From a virus (lineage: Duplodnaviria > Caudoviricetes): a stretch of 39,002 bases of DNA. The DNA lies in the IMG/VR virus record IMGVR_UViG_3300020042_003012, positions 1 to 39,002 of that record; one strand, 5' to 3'. The notes beneath the pieces were generated by a model, which was not told the origin of the DNA, ran no database searches, and was given only the letters and a program-made list of their open reading frames with translations. Shown piece after piece: positions 1 to 7,309 of this stretch. The stretch's first letter is position 1, and every line of letters begins with the position of its first letter. The position numbers and the translations under genes were made by a program.

Positions 1-73
1 TAGGTAATTACCAGTGCGATAGCTACAGATAGCAGCATGTTAGCGAATGTATACATCATGTTCCCCTTATATA
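1..73. repeat. 73-bp perfect inverted copy of 1670..1742
   Basis: taggtaattaccagtgcg...ttccccttatata at 1..73 is the exact reverse complement of 1670..1742. Confidence 0.95.
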
Positions 74-304
74 AAACCAACCCCCCTACCCCCCTTAGTG
101 GCTACGCCATAGTACGAAAGTACTCAGAATTGAAGAAGAAGTACTGAAATAGTATACATTATACATATATATATAATATACTATAGTAATATATATAGTT
201 ATATAGTATATAGTTATATTATATCTTTATATATACTATAACCGGATACTATATATAGTTATATACTTATTATTATATATAATTACTAGTAACATCATAT
301 AGTT

Positions 305-323
305 ATTGAGAATGATTCTCATT
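305..323. promoter_or_regulatory. Fur box
   Basis: ATTGAGAATGATTCTCATT: perfect 7-1-7 inverted repeat TGAGAAT-G-ATTCTCA (307-321), matching the proteobacterial Fur consensus TGATAATnATTATCA with a symmetric T>G change. Confidence 0.7.
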
Positions 324-340
324 TAGATTCACAATAATAG

Positions 341-360
341 TTATCCACAGGTTATTAACA
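341..360 (+). promoter_or_regulatory. Tandem DnaA boxes
   Basis: TTATCCACA (341-349, perfect) followed by TTATTAACA (352-360, one mismatch to TTWTNCACA). Confidence 0.6.
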
Positions 361-379
361 ACTGTATATCCATACTGTA
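361..379. promoter_or_regulatory. LexA (SOS) box-like site
   Basis: aCTGTATATCCATACTGta versus consensus CTGT-N8-ACAG; one mismatch in the right half-site, canonical TA-rich spacer. Confidence 0.45.
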
Positions 380-433
380 GTACGTAGATATACAATATAC
401 ACTAATATTATATACATGCGCCCGCACGCACGT

Positions 434-449
434 AGCAATAATTGTGCCA
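434..449 (-). promoter_or_regulatory. Sigma54 (RpoN) -24/-12 element facing left
   Basis: Minus strand reads TGGCAC-AATTA-TTGCT, an exact match to TGGCAC-N5-TTGCW. Confidence 0.6.
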
Positions 450-472
450 TAATAACCCTTGTCTCAATAGGG

Positions 473-506
473 TTGTAAGGTTGGTGTAAGGTTGATCGGT
501 TACATT
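473..506 (+). promoter_or_regulatory. Early promoter P1 with an OmpR/PhoB-type direct repeat in place of the -35
   Basis: TGTAAG at 474 and 485 (11-bp period), 10-bp gap, then -10-like TACATT (501-506). Confidence 0.5.
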
Positions 507-568
507 TCAGTCATCGGTTCAGCACTACAAGGGTTACTAGTAACAGCAAGGGGTGAATAACCCCTAAG

Positions 569-597
569 TTGCAAAGGTTATCTAGTTATGCTAATAT
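569..597 (+). promoter_or_regulatory. Sigma70 early promoter P2
   Basis: TTGCAA-N17-TAATAT with extended -10 TG at 589-590. Confidence 0.6.
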
Positions 598-634
598 CGG
601 TGCATCGGTTGATTGATCGGGGTTGACCGGATGG

Positions 635-668
635 TTGTAAGTTTCATGTAAGGTTTACATGTTAACAT
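635..668 (+). promoter_or_regulatory. Early promoter P3 with an OmpR/PhoB-type direct repeat in place of the -35
   Basis: TGTAAG at 636 and 647 (11-bp period), 10-bp gap, then TG-n-TAACAT (-10 at 663-668). Confidence 0.5.
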
Positions 669-904
669 GCAACGCATCAAACAAGGAATACGTTCCCTTT
701 ATAAAACGTGTAGGAAAGCTTTGACTATGGCACGCACACTGTCCATACGAGTTCCTGAGCAGTGCAGTGGTGAAAACCACAGGTAAAACCCTTATGGCAT
801 AGGGGATATGTTACCAAGAAAACCTAGGGTTTTCTACAGTGTGTTACTAGTAGCACATTGTTCAAGCCTTAGTAAATCAAATCAAACTGTAAAAGGAATT
901 CAAA

Positions 905-1420
905 ATGTCATACGAAACAGAATTACGCAATGCATTGTCAACTTCAAAAGATGCGAAAGACGCTAGTCGCAATGCAGGTGAAGGCATATGGGCAAATTAT
1001 GTACGTGCTACATGCTATCCATATACACCGCATAACATGGAAGGACTGGATGCTACTCATAAGAATCTAGTAGCAACTCTCAATAATATCCGAGAGTTAA
1101 CTAAGGATGAGAAAAATAGTCTGCGGTCTGCCAAATGTGTGGTAGGCAAAGCCATTACTAATAACGTAGAGGTGTGGAAACGCACTGAAGATGGCGGCTT
1201 TGAACGTGACGAGAATGAGAATCCAATGCCCAAGGGTAAATCAGAATTGAATGAAGCGAAGACTGACTTCGATAGAATGATGGCATTCATCGAGCAAGCA
1301 AGCAAGAAATATGACAGCGACACACGTGAGCAGTTTACACGTGAGCAAATGTCATCCATCGCTGATGCATATGCAGCCCTTGCACATCGCATGGTGGAAG
1401 ACTACTCTGCAACTAACTAA
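905..1420 (+). CDS. First early protein, unknown function (171 aa)
   Basis: ORF with AAGGA RBS, first gene after the promoter cluster. Confidence 0.85.
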   Translation: MSYETELRNALSTSKDAKDASRNAGEGIWANYVRATCYPYTPHNMEGLDATHKNLVATLNNIRELTKDEKNSLRSAKCVVGKAITNNVEVWKRTEDGGFERDENENPMPKGKSELNEAKTDFDRMMAFIEQASKKYDSDTREQFTREQMSSIADAYAALAHRMVEDYSATN

Positions 1421-1428
1421 GTGAACAT

Positions 1429-1446
1429 GCCCCTAGAAATAGGGGC
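1429..1446 (+). terminator. GC-rich hairpin with GAAA tetraloop (weak terminator or RNA stability element)
   Basis: GCCCCTA-GAAA-TAGGGGC just after the stop, followed by TGTTACTAGTAACA rather than a U tract. Confidence 0.5.
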
Positions 1447-1477
1447 TGTTACTAGTAACATTAATCAAGGGGATAAC

Positions 1478-1687
1478 ATGGCACATGAATTCTTATCAAT
1501 CACTGAACGTTACACAATCACGTCACATGGTAATGGTTGGGGATATGAGGTGGAAGACAACATAACTAATGAGACGCTGTGGTTTCAAGATTATGATGCA
1601 GAGCAATTGCAAAAGGATACGAATAATTTCGAGGACGACGATGTACTGCGTCAACACTTTGAATCTTTATATATAAGGGGAACATGA
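1478..1687 (+). CDS. Small acidic early protein (69 aa, MAHEFLS...)
   Basis: ATG at 1478 preceded by AAGGGGA; the track's upstream start lies in the hairpin region. Confidence 0.75.
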   Translation: MAHEFLSITERYTITSHGNGWGYEVEDNITNETLWFQDYDAEQLQKDTNNFEDDDVLRQHFESLYIRGT

Positions 1688-1848
1688 TGTATACATTCGC
1701 TAACATGCTGCTATCTGTAGCTATCGCACTGGTAATTACCTATTGCATGTACACTATTGATGGGTACTATGCACTGACAACGTTACTAGTAATGGGCGGT
1801 GCACTGCTAGGTATGCAAATATCTGATGTATTAGCAAGGGGTAAGTAA
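1684..1848 (+). CDS. Small membrane protein, two hydrophobic segments (54 aa, MMYTFANMLLSVAIALVITY...)
   Basis: Manual translation; AAGGGGA RBS; ATGA overlap with the previous stop; not in the ORF track. Confidence 0.7.
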   Translation: MMYTFANMLLSVAIALVITYCMYTIDGYYALTTLLVMGGALLGMQISDVLARGK

Positions 1849-1967
1849 TGAAAAGAATTTCATATAAAAAGGTAGGCGGTTTACACTTTGTTAAACTGTT
1901 CCGGTTTGGGTTCTCATTCTATTGGAGCAAAACTAATAAAGGGGTCTGTCATCATGGATTTAATTGA
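1848..1967 (+). CDS. Small basic/aromatic peptide (39 aa, MKRISYKKVGGLHFVKLFRFGFSFYW...)
   Basis: Manual translation; TAATG coupling; AAGGGG RBS. Confidence 0.6.
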   Translation: MKRISYKKVGGLHFVKLFRFGFSFYWSKTNKGVCHHGFN

Positions 1968-2040
1968 TACTGTAGTAGTATTTTTGGCATGTACATATGT
2001 GGGTTGGTTCTTTTGGGAGGTGTGGAATGACAACGAATAG
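1954..2040 (+). CDS. Single-TM microprotein (28 aa, MDLIDTVVVFLACTYVGWFFWEVWNDNE)
   Basis: Manual translation; fills the gap between coupled ORFs; AAGGGG upstream. Confidence 0.45.
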   Translation: MDLIDTVVVFLACTYVGWFFWEVWNDNE

Positions 2041-2206
2041 AACGCTTGAATTCAAATCTTTCGCTGAAGCTGATGCAGTTATGCATGAGATAGAAGAATT
2101 CTTTGAGAGTACACCGGCTGATGAGGTGGTAGAAAACTGGTTAGATAGCGAGTATCATCGTATATTCGTTACCTATATGTACCCTGATGTAACAAAGGTG
2201 AACTGA
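2027..2206 (+). CDS. Small acidic early protein (59 aa, MTTNRTLEF...)
   Basis: GGAGG RBS before ATG 2027; stop overlaps the next start. Confidence 0.7.
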   Translation: MTTNRTLEFKSFAEADAVMHEIEEFFESTPADEVVENWLDSEYHRIFVTYMYPDVTKVN

Positions 2207-3927
2207 TGAACTATCTAGATGTAGTCAACTTTGAGACGTATGTCGCAGGTTGTGCTAGAAATGGTGGCATTAAGGTTGTGTGGGATACACCATCCAGTAC
2301 ACCACGTACTGATGGACGCATAATGTGGTTGCCATCCATTACTAGTACTACACCGGCTGAGTGGCTGACACGTATGCGTTACTATGTAAAGCATGAGACA
2401 AGCCATGTGCAATACAGTGACTTTGGCGTACTGAATAAGTACAAGCCTGTAGGGTTATTGGCACTGATTAATAACCTTATTGAAGACCATCGTATTGATT
2501 ATATTAACGATAGTCAGTATATGGGTGATGCAATTACTAGTAACAACTACTGGGTGTTGTATACAGATGACATTGTTAAGCGTATTGTATCTACTGATAC
2601 AGAACTAGCAGAGCAGCAGCGTGTTGTGTTGCCCTTGTTTGTGTGGGATGCAGCACTGCGTACATGGATTACTAATGCGTCAGAAACACGTGATGTAATG
2701 GCTAACATGCTAGATGATGATGGTATTGACAAGCTCCACAAGCTTGAGAAATACACTGATGAGTTACTAGTATTACGGGCTGATACAGCGTTAGATGTAG
2801 GTGAACGTGTGTATGACCTAGCTGTACGTATCTTAGCTGACTTGTTCGACGGTAAAGCTGAGGATTACAGTGATGAGGGTGATGAGAAGGGTGAGGGTGG
2901 CAGTGGTAAAGGTAAGGGTAAGGGTGATAAAGGTGCTGATGATAGCGGTGATTCTGAGGGTACAGGTGGCTCTGATGAGGATAAGCTTGTAAATGTAGAG
3001 AAGCTTATCAAAGCCATAGGGCATGAGCATAAGCCTAGCCGTACAGGTATACACCTTGTAATGAGTGGTGCTGATCTTGATGGTGCATACACTATCCCTC
3101 ATAAGGATGAGTACGTCATCATTCACTTCCCTGAGTTGCATAGAGTAGTACGTGGGCATACCGGCTATATGAAAGATGATAGGGTATCTAAGTACATTAC
3201 TAGTAACTCTAAGCCCTTAGCTAATCAGTTGCGTATGCGGTTGCAGACACGTAGCAGGGACAGGTATGAGTACGGATTAAAGCGTGGTAAGTTACACACA
3301 GGTAGCTTGCACAAGCTGTTATCAGGTGACACTGATGCTAGTACACGTGTATTCCGTAAGCGTATTGTAAGTGACACGTTAGATACTGCGGTTACATTGT
3401 TGGTGGATTGTAGCGGTAGTATGTCAGGTAACAAGTTTGAGATGGCATGTAGTGGTGCAGGTGCTATGGCAGAGGCATTGAAACCACTGAACATAGCATT
3501 CAATGTGCTAGGGTTTACCAATGTAGAGGGCAATGATGAGCCTATGATATGGGTGTTCAATGACTTCGGTGAACGTGTATCTACACCTGAGCTAGTGTCT
3601 AGATTCAAGACTGCTAGTGGCTGTCTGTGGGAGAATACAGACGGTGATGCGTTAGCATATGCGGCATATGTGTTAAGCTTACGTAGAGAAAAGCGTAAGG
3701 TGTTACTAGTATTGTCTGATGGTAGTCCAGCAGGTCGTGACTCACACGGTGACATTACAGCATACACAGCACGTGTAGTTAAAGACATTGAATCAAGTGG
3801 GGTAGATGTATATGGTATTGGTATTCTTGACGATAATGTGCGTCATTTTTATAAGAAACATGAAGTAGTTAACAACGTGGACAATCTTTCATCAACAATT
3901 CTTTCAGTCTTAGATAGGAGTATTTAA
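2206..3927 (+). CDS. CobT-like vWA-domain protein with N-terminal HExxH domain
   Basis: HETSH and IEDHRI motifs; acidic/Gly linker; C-terminal vWA MIDAS (DCSGS...T...SDG). Confidence 0.85.
   Translation: MNYLDVVNFETYVAGCARNGGIKVVWDTPSSTPRTDGRIMWLPSITSTTPAEWLTRMRYYVKHETSHVQYSDFGVLNKYKPVGLLALINNLIEDHRIDYINDSQYMGDAITSNNYWVLYTDDIVKRIVSTDTELAEQQRVVLPLFVWDAALRTWITNASETRDVMANMLDDDGIDKLHKLEKYTDELLVLRADTALDVGERVYDLAVRILADLFDGKAEDYSDEGDEKGEGGSGKGKGKGDKGADDSGDSEGTGGSDEDKLVNVEKLIKAIGHEHKPSRTGIHLVMSGADLDGAYTIPHKDEYVIIHFPELHRVVRGHTGYMKDDRVSKYITSNSKPLANQLRMRLQTRSRDRYEYGLKRGKLHTGSLHKLLSGDTDASTRVFRKRIVSDTLDTAVTLLVDCSGSMSGNKFEMACSGAGAMAEALKPLNIAFNVLGFTNVEGNDEPMIWVFNDFGERVSTPELVSRFKTASGCLWENTDGDALAYAAYVLSLRREKRKVLLVLSDGSPAGRDSHGDITAYTARVVKDIESSGVDVYGIGILDDNVRHFYKKHEVVNNVDNLSSTILSVLDRSI
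3827..3855 (+). promoter_or_regulatory. Internal sigma70-like promoter upstream of the AAA gene
   Basis: TTGACG-N17-TATAAG. Confidence 0.35.
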
Positions 3928-3928
3928 C

Positions 3929-4975
3929 ATGGCAACAGAGATCAACGACAAAGTAGCTAAGGCTATCGCAGCACACTTAGGTAAAGTACCTACTACACCT
4001 GTAGCTGAGGCAGCACCTGATACAATCATTAAGTCAGTGGTTGTAGGTGATGGTCAGAAACTATTCAGTAAGGTGTTTGGCTATACACCTAGCTTCGGTG
4101 ACTTTGCTGTCACTGTATTGCCTAACAACACTGATGCAGAGGTAGCACGTCTTGTACCTAGCGCAGACCCTGACTATGTAGTGCAGAAGCAAGAGGCAGC
4201 ATTACTAGTAGCAGGTATCGAAGATGGTGACAAGAGCCTACTCACAGGGCCTACAGGTAGCGGTAAATCATCGCTGGTTAAGTATGTATGTGCTAAGCTT
4301 AATCGTCCCTTCATTCGTATCAACATGTCAGGTGATGTTGAGAGTGCGTCACTGTTTGGTATGCTCACTGCTAGTGTGGGTGTAGGTACTGAGTGGAAAG
4401 ATGGTGCTATCACTGAGGCATGTAAGTATGGTGCATTGTGCCTTGTAGATGAGTGGGAACTGATGCCCCCTGAGATTGCTATGGGTATGCAGAACTTGTT
4501 AGAAGACGGTGGTTATCTCTATCTCAAGGAAAAACCCGGCACATCTGCTGACCGTACAGTTAACCCTGATGCACACTTCCGTCTGGTGTTTGCAGGTAAC
4601 ACTGTTGGACAAGGTGACACTACAGGTGCATTCTCTGGTGTAGGTATTCAGAACAGTGCAACTATCGACCGATTCACTAACACTATCCGTCTTGCATATC
4701 TCGACCAGAAGCATGAGGTAGCCATCATTACTAGTAAGAGTAACATCGCTAAGGATGTTGCAACTAAGATGGTGCGTGTTGCAGCACTGGTGCGTAATGC
4801 GTATGACTCAGGTAAGATTGGTCTTACCATGTCACCACGTACACTGATTAACTGGGCACGTAAGTGTCAACGTTATGATGTTAAGTTTGCATTGCAGACT
4901 GCATTCACTGAGAAGCTTAACGCTGACGACGTTAAGTCTGTGCAAGAATTCTACACCAAGGTATTTGGTGAGTGA
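3929..4975 (+). CDS. CobS/MoxR-family AAA+ ATPase
   Basis: Walker A GPTGSGKS, Walker B LVDE, FRLVFAGN, ATIDRF, SPR motifs; adjacent to the vWA partner. Confidence 0.9.
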   Translation: MATEINDKVAKAIAAHLGKVPTTPVAEAAPDTIIKSVVVGDGQKLFSKVFGYTPSFGDFAVTVLPNNTDAEVARLVPSADPDYVVQKQEAALLVAGIEDGDKSLLTGPTGSGKSSLVKYVCAKLNRPFIRINMSGDVESASLFGMLTASVGVGTEWKDGAITEACKYGALCLVDEWELMPPEIAMGMQNLLEDGGYLYLKEKPGTSADRTVNPDAHFRLVFAGNTVGQGDTTGAFSGVGIQNSATIDRFTNTIRLAYLDQKHEVAIITSKSNIAKDVATKMVRVAALVRNAYDSGKIGLTMSPRTLINWARKCQRYDVKFALQTAFTEKLNADDVKSVQEFYTKVFGE

Positions 4976-4981
4976 TGTATC

Positions 4982-5001
4982 GGCAGACCGCAAGGTCTGT
5001 C
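4982..5001 (+). terminator. Hairpin with GCAA tetraloop after the AAA gene
   Basis: GGCAGACC-GCAA-GGTCTGTC; no U tract. Confidence 0.5.
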
Positions 5002-5022
5002 ATCATTAATTATGGAGGTTTT

Positions 5023-5205
5023 ATGGCTGACATTACAAAGTGTAAAGGTGCTGATGAGAAGCGTAATTTAATTTGTCCTATGCGGGACAATTGTTACCGA
5101 TTCACAGCAAAATCAAATGAATTTAGACAATCGTATTTTACTGTAGTACCATACGAAGCACCTGAGTGTAGTGAATTTTGGGATAACAGAGGGGATAATG
5201 AATGA
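5023..5205 (+). CDS. Small Cys-containing hypothetical protein (MADITKC...)
   Basis: GGAGG RBS before ATG 5023; four Cys (C..CP...CYRF...C). Confidence 0.75.
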   Translation: MADITKCKGADEKRNLICPMRDNCYRFTAKSNEFRQSYFTVVPYEAPECSEFWDNRGDNE

Positions 5206-6044
5206 CTACATTATATGGACAAAAGGCGTTGAATGAGCTTACTAGTAATGCACCCGACTACGAAGATATTGACGAAGGACATTCTGCTAAATACAATCAT
5301 GCTACTTGTCATATGGGTGTGGACACACGTAAACGGTTTGGTGTTAAGCATGTAGACGATGCATATCTGTGGCATTGTTTTAATTGTGGTGATAGCGGTT
5401 ATTATAGGACACGTGAAACAGTTAGCAGAATAAAGTTAATGACGGGCACTAGTGAAGACACTCATATAATTCGCCACTTAAGTGAGAAGTTTAAGCATTT
5501 TTCACAGAGAGACTTATATAAGTTTAATATTATGGGTCAGTTGTGGTTAGGTCAGTATGGTTTTAATGGTGATATGGTAGAAGAATATAATATTCGTGAG
5601 ATAGATGATGGTATTGTATTACCTTTTGGTGGATATACTGAAACTAATCGTGGTTATCAATTGCGTAGGTATGATAAGAAACCTAAATATATTACTAGTG
5701 TACCTAGAAGTATGAGTAAGTCACATTACATTAGAAGTACTGATACACGTATTGGTAGCACATTAGTAGTTGTAGAAGACTTATTAAGTGCATATAAGTT
5801 ACACTATGCAGGTTATTCTACATTGTGTTTGTTAGGTACTAAACTTGATACAGGTATACTGCCTGACATACTACTTGACAACCACAGTAGAGTTGTGTTA
5901 TGGTTAGACGACGATGTAGCGGGGCATGAAGGTGCTGTTAAAATATACAAAGAACTTAGTCCAGTATTTAAACACATTACTAGTATCAACATGCTTCAAC
6001 CAAAAGAAATATCTTTAGACAAGCTTAGAGAAATGGAATTGTAA
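5202..6044 (+). CDS. DNA primase (Zn finger plus TOPRIM)
   Basis: H..C...WHCFNCG zinc ribbon; TOPRIM VVEDLLSA and LDDD; precedes the helicase. Confidence 0.85.
   Translation: MTTLYGQKALNELTSNAPDYEDIDEGHSAKYNHATCHMGVDTRKRFGVKHVDDAYLWHCFNCGDSGYYRTRETVSRIKLMTGTSEDTHIIRHLSEKFKHFSQRDLYKFNIMGQLWLGQYGFNGDMVEEYNIREIDDGIVLPFGGYTETNRGYQLRRYDKKPKYITSVPRSMSKSHYIRSTDTRIGSTLVVVEDLLSAYKLHYAGYSTLCLLGTKLDTGILPDILLDNHSRVVLWLDDDVAGHEGAVKIYKELSPVFKHITSINMLQPKEISLDKLREMEL
5875..5904 (+). promoter_or_regulatory. Internal sigma70-like promoter upstream of the helicase
   Basis: TTGACA-N18-TATGGT with extended -10 TG. Confidence 0.4.
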
Positions 6045-7309
6045 TGTCATATGATATTGATTTACTAACTGTAGTTAGTGAGAAAGATACGTATAATAGA
6101 TTTAAAGAACATGTAAAGAAACACAATGTATCCTCTATTACATTAGATATATTTAATGTATTAGGTGAATATTGGGACAACTACCCTACTAGAACTAAGG
6201 TAGATGTAAATGAGTTTCATACATTCTTTAATATTGTACGTGGTAAGAAGTTAAAAGACCCTGCGCTATATGAGCAAGCATTCATGTGGTTAAGTCGGAG
6301 CATGGAGGTTGAGCCTCCAATCGTTAAAGATATTCTGGCTAAGTTAATTGAGGTTGACTATGCCACACGTATCTATGATGTGTGTATGAAGATTGGTACA
6401 GGGTCAGGTGGTGAGCTTACATCCATTGAGCCTATGCTTAACGATTACAAGAAAGAGATAGGTGCAAGTGTTGAAAAATCTGATGTATTCGTTAGTCCTA
6501 GTCTGTCTTATCTATCTAAGATTGTGGCTACAGGGGGTCTTGAATGGCGACTTAAAGAGTTGAATGTAGCACTAGGCCCGTTGCGTAAGGGTGATTTCAT
6601 TATCGTAGCAGCACGACCTGAGAGTGGTAAGACTACATTCGTAGCTAGTGAAGCTAGTTACATGATGAGCCAACTACATGATGATGAGCATGTCATATGG
6701 ATTAACAATGAGGAATCAAGTACCAAGGTTATGATGCGTGTGATACAGGCATACAATGGTGTAACAACAGGTGAACTACTATCTAACCCATCGAAGTATG
6801 AGACAGAGTTTACTAGTAACGGTGGTGAAAGATTTTTAGTGTTGGATGATGATAGCGGTATCAAGAGTGTTAATAAAATTAGCACACTGTTTGCTGAATT
6901 CAAGCCCGGACTTATTATCTTTGACCAACTTGATAAGGTGCATGGGTTTAGTAACGAGTCACGTGATGACTTACGCATTGGTAAACTGTACGAATGGGCT
7001 AGAGACTTAGCTAAAGAGTATTGTCCAGTGATTGCAATATCACAGGTGGATGGTACAGGTGAGGGTGAGAAGTGGATTCAAATGAATCAACTACGTGGTA
7101 GTAAGACAGACAAGATTGGAGAAGCAGATGCCATCATCACCATTGGTAAGAGTAACGAACCTGCGATGGATTTACAACGTTTTATCCATGTCCCTAAGAA
7201 CAAACTATTCGGAGGTAAGGATACCCTTGAAGCCCACAGACACGGATGCTTTGAAGTAGAGATTGAACCATCAAAAGCGAGGTACAAATCAAAATGGGCA
7301 ACACGCTAG
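6044..7309 (+). CDS. DnaB-like SF4 replicative helicase
   Basis: ARPESGKTT (H1), NNEE (H1a), IIFDQL (H2), IAISQ (H3), LRGS...EAD (H4), KNK. Confidence 0.92.
   Translation: MSYDIDLLTVVSEKDTYNRFKEHVKKHNVSSITLDIFNVLGEYWDNYPTRTKVDVNEFHTFFNIVRGKKLKDPALYEQAFMWLSRSMEVEPPIVKDILAKLIEVDYATRIYDVCMKIGTGSGGELTSIEPMLNDYKKEIGASVEKSDVFVSPSLSYLSKIVATGGLEWRLKELNVALGPLRKGDFIIVAARPESGKTTFVASEASYMMSQLHDDEHVIWINNEESSTKVMMRVIQAYNGVTTGELLSNPSKYETEFTSNGGERFLVLDDDSGIKSVNKISTLFAEFKPGLIIFDQLDKVHGFSNESRDDLRIGKLYEWARDLAKEYCPVIAISQVDGTGEGEKWIQMNQLRGSKTDKIGEADAIITIGKSNEPAMDLQRFIHVPKNKLFGGKDTLEAHRHGCFEVEIEPSKARYKSKWATR

Larger units (their letters stand above)
140..420. other. Very AT-rich non-coding region with three TATATAGTTATAT 13-mers (192, 207, 252); possible origin or genome-end region
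   Basis: TA-rich tract with no ORF; exact 13-mer at 192-204, 207-219 and 252-264. Confidence 0.6.

Noticed and set aside
721-749. Possible sigma70 (TTGACT-N17-CATACG) or sigma54 (TGGCACG) promoter
   Set aside because: Poor -10, and no TTGC at the -12 position
2206-4975. Genuine cobalamin biosynthesis genes cobT/cobS
   Set aside because: No cobN or other cob genes; motifs only support the general vWA/MoxR family, so no gene symbols were assigned
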